From: Octopus sinensis
Lineage: Eukaryota
Assembly: GCF_006345805.1 (NCBI RefSeq)
Contig: NC_042999.1
Coordinates: 75,578,001 to 75,642,000 of the forward strand
DNA length: 64,000 bases
Reading direction: 5' to 3'
Shown: piece after piece, positions 13,453 through 25,657 of the stretch
How the letters are laid out: every line of letters begins with the position of its first letter
How positions within the stretch are numbered: the first letter of the stretch is position 1
Notes under the pieces: model-generated
Seen by the model: only the letters and a program-made list of their open reading frames with translations
Database searches by the model: none
What the model was told of the DNA's origin: nothing
Made by a program: the position numbers and the translations under genes

Positions 13453-13454
13453 AT

Positions 13455-13522
<68 letters not shown>

Positions 13523-13580
13523 TAATAATAATAATAATTACAACAGGGACGCCGATAATGATAATGACGATAATAATATA
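13453..13580. repeat. (TAA)n microsatellite, left flank of the Dong-like LINE
   Basis: Direct observation. Confidence 0.95.
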
Positions 13581-14684
13581 ACCACCATAGGACTGCAAAA
13601 ATATCTACTTCAGAAGGAAGGAAAACTGATCCAGATAGCGGCAAAACACGAGCAAAACAAAAACCTGTTCTCAGTATTTAAGGAAGCTGACAAATACAAA
13701 CAAGAAATCATACCACCTAATAAACATGAAGAAGAAGAAGAAGATGAAGAAACAACAAAAGCTATAAAACGAATGAAATCCAAACTAAAAATAGAACAGC
13801 AACGAACCATGATAAAACGATGGCAAGAAAAGCCCCTTCATGGTAAATACTGGACTAAACTAAACGCAAAAGAAATAGACAAAGAAAAATCTCAGCAATG
13901 GTTGAGAAGCTCAGGACTCAAAGCAGAAACAGAGGGATTTTTAATTGCAGCACAAGACCAAAGCCTCCCCACCAGAAATTACCAAAACATGTAATGAAAA
14001 GAAATATTACAAGTAACTGCAGAATATGTGGAGATGGACAAGAAACAATAAATCATATTATCTCTAGCTGCCCAGTCCTGGTTAAGAAGGATATTCACAG
14101 ACATGACAGAGTTGGAACCTACATACATTGGAAGCTATGCCAACATTATGGAATAACAACAGAAAAAAGATGGTATAGGCACACACCAGAAAAGGTCACA
14201 GAAAACGAGAAAGCAACCATACTCTGGGATATGCCGATACACACAGATAGAGAAATTAAGGCCAACAGACCAGATATAGTTGTCAGAGATCATGAAGAAA
14301 AAAAATGCTTTCTAATTGATGTATCAATACCGGCTGATGACAACGTGTCTCTAAAAGAAATGGAGAAACTCTCAAAATACAAAGACCTGGAATAGAGGTA
14401 ACTAGAATGTGGAATCTGAAAACAGAAACAATTCCTATCATAGTAGGTGCATTAGGCATGATAAAAAAATATTCAGACAAATACATAACAAAAACACCAG
14501 GACTTACAAACACATATAACATACAGAAAATTGCACTACTAGGCACTGCACACATCCTACGCAGAACACTTTCCATACAATAACCATCAGAGCATCACAA
14601 CAAATCACAGCACATACCCAAGGCACACAGAGCTGTGCTCGGTAGTGAAGTGAAAGCACGCTATAAAAATAAAACTACTGAATG
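13581..14684 (+). mobile_element. 5'-truncated R4/Dong-like non-LTR retrotransposon (CCHC finger plus REL endonuclease)
   Basis: WQEKPLHGKYW, CRICGDGQETINHIISSC and ANRPDIVVRD..CFLIDVSIP (PD-(D/E)xK), ending ...LGTAHILRRTLSIQ*. It has two frameshifts, a short 3' UTR and a (TAA)n tail. Confidence 0.92.

Positions 14685-14757
<73 letters not shown>
14685..14757. repeat. (TAA)n microsatellite / LINE tail
   Basis: Direct observation. Confidence 0.95.
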
Positions 14758-14760
<3 letters not shown>

Positions 14761-15159
14761 AAATTTTAGGTCAGATATTGCCGAGGCAGGGACAGAAGTG
14801 CCTCGTGAAAATATCTGTTCCGATCTGGCTATTTCTTACTGACGAATCTAACGGCCTATGGAAGATTGGCTTGATTTAATTTAATCAGGTTAGTTTACCA
14901 TTAAACAATAGATGAAACGGTGTATCGTATAAGAAATTACAGGGTAAATGTTTTTTTAATTTTCTCCTGGTTTGCGGAATTAATGTTATTTTGCGGTTGA
15001 AGCTTTGGCTGTTATTTCTAGTGGGTGAATGGCCTATTATGGCCGTTCCTTGATTGTGATGTTGAACTTATAAATGGTCTATGACTATTTAATTTTTTCC
15101 CACTAGGCCGCTGGTGGCAAAAAAATTCTACAAAATTTTTTGCCACCCTATATTGATTA
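14758..15159 (+). mobile_element. Partial monomer of the 490 bp hammerhead-containing repeat (retrozyme-like)
   Basis: Clearly homologous by eye to 45050-45452. It ends with the hairpin ggtggcaaaaaa...ttttttgccacc plus ctatattgatta, followed by (TA)n. Confidence 0.85.
14831..14937 (+). ncRNA. Type I hammerhead ribozyme with extended stem II
   Basis: Stem I atttctta (14831-38) / taagaaat (14930-37); core CTGACGA 14839-45; stem II atcta/tagat enclosing 58 nt; GAAA 14914-17; stem III acggtgtatcgt; GUA 14927-29. Confidence 0.88.
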
Positions 15160-15180
15160 TTTTATATATAATATATATAT

Positions 15181-15260
<80 letters not shown>
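15160..15260. repeat. (TA)n microsatellite between two ribozyme repeats
   Basis: Direct observation. Confidence 0.95.
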
Positions 15261-15261
<1 letters not shown>

Positions 15262-15947
15262 ATATTTAAAAATTGAGGGAGATAAATTAATATTAATTTT
15301 AATATCAATTTAAAACCAGTAGTCCAGCATTCAAAAAATCTGAGGAGTCAGAGAAAATCAAATATATGTGTATATTGGCAGGGCTGGCCTGCTAGGTAGC
15401 CGGCCAGAATGCTAGAAATAGATCATCAACGATCAAACTACAAGGGAAATTCTCTAGAGGAAGAATTCAGCGAACACCAGAACCAAATTTGGCGGGCAGG
15501 ACATATGAAAAATTAAATAAAAAACAGACTTAAATGCATACCTCGGTTTCGGTCTTAACAAAAGAATTACTTGCATAATTCAAGTGTCCGTGACTTCTTC
15601 AGTACATTCGGTCCTCGAGATGCAAACCGCAAGACTAACCCCAGCTCTCTGTGTCAAGACAGACACGTGCTTAGTCTTACTGATTACATCGGGAATAAAA
15701 TTTCAAATGTCTTGGTTCCGGCGTGCTAAGAGACTCCTGAAGCGAAGGGCTGCAGTGAATTATTCACTGCGGGTAAAGCTTACTACTAGGGAACGTATTT
15801 ATTTAAATATTTAAAAACTGAGGGAGATAAATTAATATTAATTTTAATATCAATTTAAAACCAGTAGTCCAGCATTCAAAAAATCTGAGGAGTCAGAGAA
15901 AATTCAAATATATGTGTATATTGGCAGGGCTGGCCTGCTAGGTAGCC
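15261..15947 (-). mobile_element. 545 bp-period tandem repeat (1.26 copies) with hammerhead (retrozyme-like)
   Basis: aatatttaaaaa(t/c)tgagggagataaatt...ggtagcc occurs at 15261 and 15806 (period 545). It has an internal hairpin gcagtgaa-tta-ttcactgc and shares motifs with the 58 kb family. Confidence 0.8.
15532..15609 (-). ncRNA. Type I hammerhead ribozyme
   Basis: Minus strand: gaatgta-CTGAAGA-agtc...gacc-GAAA-cc ga gg-TA-tgcattt. Stem I is 7 bp with wobbles, stem III is acc/ggt, the triplet is GUA, and the stem II closing pair is irregular. Confidence 0.72.
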
Positions 15948-15998
15948 GCCATACTTACAGTTGAAAAAGTCTCAATGAATGGAACCGGTACTAACATG

Positions 15999-16107
<109 letters not shown>

Positions 16108-16592
16108 TAATTAGAAAAGATTTTTACTTATTTTTTCTTACAATATAGGTTCTGCCCTACACTGTCGGTTATAATTAGGGACAATTGAGTTTTTTCTTTT
16201 TGGTTTCATATTGCTTATAGTCGCCTCCGTTATTTCATAATTTTCAAATTACCATTTTACTGAGTCATGCATTGATTTATATGATAAATACTATATACTG
16301 GCAGTTGGAATTTGACCAAACCATTCAGCGACGGAGTAGACATCATTGAAGAGCGAAAGTAGAATTCTAGTATGATGATCTCGCTCGCTGTGGGGTGTTT
16401 AGCTCCCCTGTCAGTACGTGCTTCTTTGCTGCTAAGAGGGTTTTTATCTCTTATTTCTAGCAACAAAGGTGCTACCCTGCACCGTCAGTCACAATTAATG
16501 ACAATTGAATTCTTTCATTTTGGTTTTATAATGCTTATACCTGCCCTCGTTATTTCACACACACACACGCACACACATGCATATATATACAT

Positions 16593-16647
<55 letters not shown>

Positions 16648-16648
<1 letters not shown>

Positions 16649-16980
16649 GAGGGGCCGAAAAGTAACGGGAAACGTTCTCTGTGGGACAAACCCGTTGTAG
16701 TTCAGGTTTCTACCTCTTGAAGCCACTTAATGCGACACTCAGCTATCAGTCTGCCACCGGTGTCGTCGTCTGGGGTCGTACTGCCACGTAGTGCGTCCTT
16801 GTTTTGCAGTGTTTCTCCCATGTTCGTCCATTTTTGCCATGGTTGACACGAAGGAACGGCGTGCTTCCGAGAAATTCTGTTTTCTACTAAGGAAAACGGC
16901 GGCCGAAACAGCTGTCATGCTTCAAGCGGGTTCCAAGGCCGCTGCCATGAGCAAAACACAGGTTTACGAGTGGTTTCACA
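16648..16980 (+). mobile_element. Mariner-type transposon 5' fragment
   Basis: Starts ta|cgagggg at a TA run and encodes MVDTKERRASEKFCFLLRKTAAETAVMLQ...MSKTQVYEWF, a mariner N-terminal HTH. Confidence 0.8.
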
Positions 16981-17009
16981 CTTTAGGTATACACATACAC
17001 AAAGACACA

Positions 17010-17058
<49 letters not shown>

Positions 17059-17200
17059 GCGACGGGCTTCTTCCAGTTTCTGTCTACCAAATCCATTCAC
17101 AAGACTATAGTAGAAGACACTTGCCTAAGGTGCCACGCAGTAGGACTGAACCCGGAACCATGTGGTTGTGAAACAAACTTCTTACCAGACAGTCACGCCC
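17059..17200 (-). mobile_element. SINE family B, 5' part
   Basis: Reverse complement of the head and core of the 18671 copy. Confidence 0.8.
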
Positions 17201-18074
17201 GTGTAGGAAGAAATTTGTCTAAGTTATATACATATATATACATATGCACTCACATGCGCTCATGTATATATCTTTCATACATGAATGGCTTTCTCTTCTA
17301 TACCTTGGACTCAGTGTGTATGTAGTTTTGTGCGTGGTTGCAAATTGACATTACCAGAAAATGTGTATTTGTCTATTATATTGAAGAAGAAACAGAAAAT
17401 AAAATCGAAAATAGAGAAGGAAAGCATACAAGAAAATGTTTCTAAAGAGAATAGAAGAGAAAATTTTAAACTAGAGTCAAAATAATTTGCGATGCAAATT
17501 ATCGTTTTAAACAAAATAATGGCTAAAAAGTAAAAACCCAAAAAATAACAAATAATATTTAAAATATAAAAAAAAATCTCTTTACTAATATCTGTGTCGT
17601 TTCTTAGGTTTATTAACGCTGAATGCTTATATACTCCTAGCAAATAAACGTGTCTATTCATTTGAGCACCAAATTAAAGTCAATACACTCATTGCTGTTT
17701 AGAAATAACGATCAATTTAATATTCGCTTGCTTTTCAGTTTCTTTTTTGTAAATTTTGTTTTATAGCCACAGTTTTTTTTTGTCTTTTTTGTTTAAAGAA
17801 TTATAATGTATAGGTGTGAACGCTTTTAGTATAAGACAAATGGCATTACCAGCAATTATATGTTATCAGTCACGCCTACTTTTAATGTGAAGATAAAACA
17901 CATTAGTGAAAATATATTTTCAGTTTAGTTGTTAGACAAACATACATATCTACATTTAGCCACACGCATACACATACGAGGATAAATATGCACGCACACA
18001 ACACAGACGCGTACAAAGACATACACAAACACTCGTGTATATAGCATATGAATGTAAATATATATATATGTGTG

Positions 18075-18110
<36 letters not shown>

Positions 18111-18159
18111 CGTATGTATATACATACACACACACATACACACACATATATATATATAT

Positions 18160-18507
18160 TCTTTTATACGTTTCAGCCCTAATGCCATGGCCATGCTGCA
18201 GCATCTCCTTGAAGGGTTTCTTAGAACAAAGAGCCTCCGTGCTTGTATTTTTAAGCCTGGTACTTACTCTATCGATCTCCTTTTGCTCAACCACTAAGTG
18301 ACGAGAACAAACGAACCAACACTGGTTGTCAAGTGGTGCCAGTTGGTAAACACAAATACATACACACACACACCTACGAAGGATTTCTTTCAGCTTCCGT
18401 CTGCTAGGTCCATCGCTAGGCTTTTGTCCGACCAGGGCTATAGCAGAAGACACTGAACACGGAGCCATGTATTTGAGAATCAAACTACTTAACGCGCAGC
18501 CACCTCT
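18160..18507 (-). mobile_element. SINE family B, diverged
   Basis: Collinear degraded match to 27458-27846. Confidence 0.7.
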
Positions 18508-18670
18508 TTGCATACCATTACGCTCGTGCCAACTTTTGTACCTATGCTTTATGTATGTCCGTGTGTGTGTGTATGTGAGTGTTACTATAGATATATATAT
18601 TTATAGACATGCTTGTGTGTGTGTATGTGTTAATGCATCTATGCCTGTAAATTATATATATATATATATA

Positions 18671-19066
18671 GGAGTGGCTGTGTGGTAAGTAGTTTGTTTA
18701 CCAACCACATGGTTCCGGGTTCAGTCCCACTGCGTGGCACCTTGGGCAAGTGTCCTCTACTATAGCCTCGGGCCGACCAAAGCCTTGTGAGTGGATTTGG
18801 TAGACGGAAACTGAAAGAAGCCCGTCGTATATATGTATATGTATATATGTGCGTGTGCGTTTGTGTGTCTGTGTTTGTCCCATCCAACATCGCTTGACAA
18901 CCGATGCTGGTGTGTTTATGTCCCCGTCACTTACCGGTTCGGCAAAAGAGACCGATAGAATAAGTACTGGGCTTACAAAGGATAAGTCCCGGGGTCGAGT
19001 TGCTCGATTAAAGGCGGTGCTCCAGCATGGCCGCAGTCAAATGACTGAAACAAGTAAAAAAAAAAA
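18671..19066 (+). mobile_element. SINE family B, full length (tRNA-derived head, internal microsatellite)
   Basis: ggagtggctgtgtggtaag...ccgggttcagtccc (A/B-box-like), then gtggcaccttgggcaagtgtc, an internal (TA/TG)n, and the 3' end gactgaaacaagt followed by an A-tail. Confidence 0.92.
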
Positions 19067-19302
19067 TTTTTTTTTAAATATATATATATATATATATAGA
19101 TCAATAAATGGTGGGGTTGTGTTGACCGCACGTGGAGAAATGATAAGCAAGGAAAAATTGTAAAAATGCAGAATACTAAATTGAAAGAAAATTTTAAGGA
19201 AATGAGAAATTAAAAAAATATATAAATATATATTTATTCAAACCGGTTTTCGTCATAGTGTGACTTATCAAGAATAGTTATGTAAAAAAGTTTTATATAT
19301 AT

Positions 19303-19339
<37 letters not shown>

Positions 19340-19529
19340 CATATATAAGAACATAGGCGACACTTACAAGTGACCATGACTTGGAAGCATGTGACATGTA
19401 ATTGTTCTAGGTGTCTATATAGTTATGAGCTGACTTCCTGTCTTTAACATACACATACATGCACACACATACACACGCGCACATAACATTCGTTTCAAAT
19501 TTTGACACAATGTCAGCAATCACGAGGGT

Positions 19530-19706
19530 GGGGGGAGTAAATTGATTACATTGACTCGAGTGTTGCTGGCACATATTTTATCGACGTCGAAAAGATGAAA
19601 GGCAAAGTCGACCTCGGTAGAATTTGAACTAAGAACATAAAGACGGACGAAATGCCGCTAAGCATTTTGTCCGGCGATCTATCGATTCTGCCAGCTCACC
19701 GCCTTA
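19530..19706 (-). mobile_element. SINE family A
   Basis: Reverse complement of aaggcggtgagctggcagaatcg... through the body. Confidence 0.85.
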
Positions 19707-19774
19707 CATACATATGTAATATTAACATTATATTATATATTATCTCTGTATATATTATTATCCTTCACTAGTTC

Positions 19775-20015
19775 GGATTCATAGCCTAGTGGTTAAGATG
19801 TTGCATTCATGATCACGAGATCGTGGTTTCAATCCTTACACCGGGTGGTGTGTTGTGTTCTGATGTAAAACACTTCATCTCACGGTCCCCTGCGATCATT
19901 TCGACACCTGACGCATGATACACCGTGCATCTGTTCAGACAACGTCGATCTGATGGAGGAAGTGAGCTAAAGAGCAGCACATACATTTGATCACTATAAA
20001 CAAATTATTTGTGCA
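19775..20015 (+). mobile_element. tRNA-derived SINE family C
   Basis: tagcctagtggttaagatgttgcattcatgatc...gtttcaatcc head, similar to the head at 36815. Confidence 0.65.
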
Positions 20016-21711
20016 AGACGGGAGAATCCATCATATTATTATTTTATTACAATGTGTGTGTATGTGCCCACGTGCGTATGTGTGTAGCCCTAAGCCATGC
20101 ATAATACAGACGAGCTACTTTCCAGATCCACTTTTCAGCTTAAACTGTGTCTCTCTCTGAATGAGAATCATACTGCACATTATGACATGCTGTGTCGTTT
20201 AGAAGTGTTGGCGTTTGATCATACTGAATGAATTTTCTTGGGAGTCCAGTTTATTTCTATATGCAATATAGTATCTATGATGTCTGCAGCGTAAAGAACT
20301 ATCGAAAAAGGCAAATTTGGCATGCAAATTCTATCTACCATAAACTATAGACACTGCAATAAATAATTTATACAAAGAGCTAAGATACCAGCTAACACGC
20401 TGAAAATATTATCACCGTCTTGTGGAACAGAAGTGCAAATTTTTGATATCGTATTAGCGGTCAAATTATATTAGCATGATGTGAACTCTTGTTGAGGACT
20501 CAACGTTTGCAACATTTTGTCTGACCCAACAGAAAAAAGAGAGTGCCAACAGATATACGGTGTGCGTTAAACACACTGAAAGACATTAAAAAATTAAAAG
20601 AAGACGATCAAAGTATTTGCGCTCTAAAATTTAACATCCAGAACATCAGAAATATAGTAGGTAGTCTTGCAATGACTCCATATCTCGACAGATATATCAG
20701 TCAGAAAATAATATTCCCTTGACAGCTGAAACAATAAATGCAAATACAGAAGGACAACGAATTTTCACTACAAAGTGGTAGTGGTAAAATTTCTACTTTG
20801 GGTAGTATTTATATCTTCTTCATTAGTCGAAACACTCAGAAAAGAAATCCACGAAATAAAGTATACATTAATTAATAACAAATATTCTACGAAAACATAG
20901 CATGAAGAAACAGAATTGCAACACAATAGATACATCAGATAACGCACCACACCACTATTAATAATACACGAACCACCCATAAAATGTATATAAATATAAT
21001 CATAGAACAGGTGAAGACATCAAACATTTTTTAAAATTATGAATGTAGAGCAATCATGGTCGTCGTCGTCGTAGAGGAAGAAAGTACCAGACGGCTGGAT
21101 TTATTTAATATGAACCTCAACTTGCCAGGAAGTGACCCACAATCTATTACTCCAAGCCATTAGCTCTGTTATTTACAAAATAATTGTTTTTAAATCTTTC
21201 TTCTGAATTGCAAAACTACACGCATATAAACCTGCAAGCAATCTACTAAAAACAAATATGAATTATAAATTTGATTGCAAATGTTTAAGCTATAAACTTC
21301 ACGACTTTTATCTCTGCTCACTCAGCACTTAAAAAAGAGAAATTGCAAGACACTAGAGCACATAATACAAAACTAAGTAGAAAAATATATTAGTGATTAT
21401 CATTTGTACTCTTCATAATTCTCAACAAGAATAGACGATCAATGATAAAAGTGATACTTATAACAATTCAAAACTAAATTAAACACACAGACAACATATA
21501 CTTGTCACGGAGAAAAATAAACAGTTGATTAATGACATAAATCTCACGCTTAAAATACAAATTTCGCTGTTAATGTCATCCTCTTTATGATAATTATTTC
21601 ACCGTGTCATTAATGTATGTTTAGTGCAACTATTTAGTGTCATATGACTATGTTCTGAGTTGATGCCTTTCGCCAGGTAATGATTTGCAAGCTCTAGAGC
21701 AAATACGCCCA

Positions 21712-22042
21712 CAACATCATAAGCGGGAAGTGTAACCTCTCGAAAGAGCTGTTCTTCACTCCTGCTCCGGAGCGTCGGCTGCGGGGTCATTCCGAAAAGC
21801 TCTACCTGCGACGATTTCATCTCAATCGAAGGAGAGGAGCTTTCTCCGTCCGGGTTGCGGATCCGTGGAACAAGCTGCCAGACGAGATGGTGAAGATGCC
21901 GACGACCGCTTTGTTCAAAGCATCCCTGGACCTCAAGTGGCCTGAACTCTTTACATGAACACCACCCTGTACTTAACTCCATGTCCCCCTACATGGCCTT
22001 GCTATTTGCTTTTGAGCCAAATTAACTAACTAACTAACTAAC
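21712..22042 (+). mobile_element. CR1-clade LINE 3' end (5'-truncated) with (CTAA)n tail
   Basis: Translates to AHNIISGKCNLSKELFFTPAPERRLRGHSEKLYLRRFHLNRRRGAFSVRVADPWNKLP...FKASLD, a CR1 C-terminus. It ends in aactaactaacta. Confidence 0.85.
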
Positions 22043-22252
22043 GGCTGACAAAACCCACGTTAATGATCAAGCACATCTGTGCAATTGGATTCTTGTGCTT
22101 ATACCGTTGCAGTCGAGATTTTTATTTTTGCTCTTTGCTGCTCGTTGCACAAGCAGTGTCTTATAATGCAGATATGGAGTTAAGAAGTGGGTATCCATAG
22201 ATTATTTCAATGGATATGTGTGTGATTCCATATAACTAACAAAGCACGCTTT

Positions 22253-22306
<54 letters not shown>

Positions 22307-22479
22307 TCACAGACATCACACTTTAAGCTCTTAAGATTTTCAGGCAGAGTTGGAATGGGGACCTTACGTAAGGGACCTTTTAGCTTGGTATCTTTAATTT
22401 GCCCTGTCCCAGTTGTTACTGCTTTTCTTAAACGAATACCTCAAGCCATTCATATTTGTAGGTAATATATTTTTGTCTT

Positions 22480-23130
22480 TTAGATTGTGTTTTATGCACT
22501 TGTAATCTTTTTATCACCTTAATGTGTTGATGCTTTCCAATTACCATTGTACCTAAAAGATCTGTTTCAGGAATCATTCATCCTTCATCCGCTCAATGTA
22601 ACCTACCAGAGTGACGATGATCTTTGATTTATTGATGAGACAATCTGCTTTTGGAGTTCCTCGGTGTCTGCTGTTAGAGTCTTTTACTTGGTCTTCAGTA
22701 TATGTCTCTGACATTTTTGGTGAAATCTCCGAAGCATCTAAGGGTATCAATTATACGTTGTCCACGTTTAGGACGAATGTAGATGGAGCATGAGACCACA
22801 GATCTTACTGACACCAACTTTAATCCGAATGATGATGCTACGATCTAACCCCACTCTACTTTCTAACTTTACAAGATTGTTTTTTATTCGTGGACGAATT
22901 TCAGAGCATAAAGATTTACCTCTTGACACAGTACTTTCAAGGTGGTAAAATGTGCCCACAACTTTCAATGTGGTGTCATTTGCAAAGATGTTTGGTACAA
23001 TCTAAGTCTCAATCTGAGCTAAAGCGAACGTAATCTTTGTCTTTTACAAGCTCGTGGGTGGGCCAAAGTTAAATGTATCACAAATAACTGAAAATTGATC
23101 AATTACAATCTTCATGCTGTTTTCAGGAAG
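22480..23130 (-). mobile_element. RTE/BovB-like LINE fragment (post-RT)
   Basis: PNIFANDTTLKVVGTFYHLESTVSR...EIRPRIK and YIERMKDE..LKQIF, heavily mutated. Confidence 0.75.
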
Positions 23131-23371
23131 AAAAGAATAAGCACGATCTACATAAAGCAGTTCACAAACAACAGTTTCGAAAATCTTAAAGTTATAATTG
23201 ACTCTTTCAGGTCAATGACTTTTCCAGTTGTTCAGAAACTTAGGTGAGTGCTAATGTTATATATACATATATAGTCACTGATCTCGAAAAAATGTAAAGA
23301 AGCAATAATAAATCTCTGAGCGAGGTATAAACAATAGCTGCACGACATCGTGAAGTATATTTGCTTCTTAA

Positions 23372-23698
23372 ATGTGGCTAACCCTTAAGGGTGGATGCTA
23401 TTGTGGCTTGTAGCCTCAGGAAGACACCTCCCCCAACTGGCTGTGACACACTTTCTGTATACGTATATATTTGCATTGAGAACCACTTCCATCGACAATC
23501 AGTGATTGTCACACCGTGATGACGGGTCAATACCCAGAAACTCGGGTCCATGTATATCACGTCAGGTTGGAGATGGGAAGGATAGCTTTCCTTTGCAAAT
23601 ACTGATAGGGCACAGAAAGTGTGTCAATAGCCAGCTGGATGAGTTGTCTTCCTGGGGTTTCAAGCTACAGTAGCATCCACCCTTAAGGCTAGCCACAT
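23372..23698. mobile_element. 327 bp foldback/MITE-like element with long imperfect TIRs and TAA duplication
   Basis: Termini atgtggcta...tagccacat; the arms match over at least 90 bp; TAA at 23369-71 and 23699-701; HHR-like motif at the centre. Confidence 0.8.
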
Positions 23699-23724
23699 TA
23701 AATGGCAAATATACTTCCCTACAT

Positions 23725-23748
23725 CTACATACATACACACACATATAT

Positions 23749-23841
<93 letters not shown>

Positions 23842-23874
23842 ATATATACATATACATATATATATATATATATC

Positions 23875-23907
<33 letters not shown>

Positions 23908-23987
23908 ATGTATATATATAATTACATATATGTACATATATATATATATATATATATATAATATGTGCGTGTGTGTGTGTGTGTGTG

Positions 23988-24019
<32 letters not shown>

Positions 24020-24025
24020 GTGTGC

Positions 24026-24060
<35 letters not shown>
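23725..24060. repeat. (TA)n/(TG)n microsatellite block
   Basis: Direct observation. Confidence 0.95.
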
Positions 24061-24564
24061 CTCTACTATTGGCATTGCACCAATATGGCAATTTTCGTCT
24101 TATTCCTCATTCCCTCTCTTTTATCACTACATTGACACCATATTGAATTCAGCATATATTCACCTTACATTATTGAACTCTTAGAGCATACTTGTAGTTC
24201 ATACGATATGACACAATACAGTTTTCTTATCATCCCTTTCAGACACATTGACCATCAAACTAATTTCTCGAAACCGCTTTTGACTTTTGCATTTTGCTTA
24301 ACGAATCTATATTCATTCAATTTACCGTTTTTGGTTGTTTCCTGTAATTTTGTCTGATTTCATACGATGAAATGTTTCTACAAACTCGTTTGACAGACAA
24401 TGTGCTACATTGAAACGAAGGCGTGAAACTGCAGCAATAAAAATAATTGATAACTATGCTTATGAATTAGTGACTCATTACAATTGCACCTCACGTATTT
24501 ATTTTTATGTGGATACTGCCCCATTTTGTCTTTGAAACCTGTTTACCGAACAGAGAGTGCCAAC

Positions 24565-24641
24565 GTGTGTATATATACATACATACATACATACATACAT
24601 ACATGCATACATACATACATACATACACACACACACATATA

Positions 24642-24702
<61 letters not shown>

Positions 24703-24870
24703 CAATCTTTATCTCCAGCGAAACGTGAATGTTGTATTACGTAGGAGATAAGGATAACGATTGCCTTTTTGTATTAATTCTGTTTCTTTCGCTTTATATG
24801 CTTTATATATGTATATATATATATATAATATATATATATATATATACATACATACATACACACACATATA

Positions 24871-24915
<45 letters not shown>

Positions 24916-24971
24916 TGTGTATGTATGTAGATAGATAGACAGACAGACAGACAGATAGATAGATAGATAGG

Positions 24972-25035
<64 letters not shown>
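24565..25035. repeat. (TACA)n/(TA)n/(GATA)n microsatellite block
   Basis: Direct observation. Confidence 0.95.
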
Positions 25036-25282
25036 CATACACACATAATATATTCATGAATATCTGTAATACAAATATTGTACATTTACTAAAGATACAC
25101 ACATAAACACATAAACACACACACACATATCGATAGATAAATAAATAGGTATACATACAGGTACATATGCATATATACATATGCAGATGCATCTACGTCT
25201 GTATTTTAAATATTGTATATTTTCAACATATATACAAATACTAATACTGATTTATTTGTATATGAATGTATATGTATACATG

Positions 25283-25657
25283 GTTGGATGGAAGCACTCC
25301 GTCGGTTACGACGACGAGGGTTCCGGTTGATCCGAATCAACGGAACAGCCTGCTCGTGAAATTAACGTGTAAGTGGCTGAGCACTCCACAGACACGTGTA
25401 CCCTTAACGTAGTTCTCGGGGATATTCAGCGTGACACAGAGAGTGACAAGGCCGGCCCTTTGAAATACAGGTACAACAGAAACAGGAAGAAAGAGTGAGA
25501 GAAAGTTGTGGTGAAAGAGTACAGCAGGGATCACCACCATCCCCTGCCGGAGCCTCGTGGAGCTTTAGGTGTTTTCGCTCAATAAACACTCACAGCGCCC
25601 GGTCTGGGAATCGAAACCGCGAGTCCGCTGCCCTAACCACTGGGCCATTGCGCCTCC
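25283..25657 (-). mobile_element. tRNA-derived SINE family D, well preserved
   Basis: Minus strand begins tggaggcgcaatggcccagtggttagggcagcggactcgcggtttcgattcccagacc (A box TGGCCCAGTGG, B box GTTTCGATTCC), followed by about 300 bp of body. Confidence 0.8.

Noticed and set aside
15110-15159. Helitron/Helentron reading of the terminal hairpin in the 490 bp repeat
   Set aside because: No CTRR end or subterminal inverted repeats were identified, and the covarying hammerhead explains the tandem and permuted structure better. It is not fully excluded.
20300-21600. Possible ancient APE-type LINE remnant
   Set aside because: Only vague motif similarity (FNMNL), which is insufficient.
24355-24445. 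Very degenerate hammerhead-like layout (acgatga...gaaactgcagca)
   Set aside because: Three core positions are altered, so it is indistinguishable from chance in AT-rich DNA without other copies.
25600-25657. tRNA gene calls for the SINE heads (also 6150, 18671, 19775, 36815)
   Set aside because: A and B boxes are present, but there is no complete cloverleaf and the heads continue into repeated SINE bodies.
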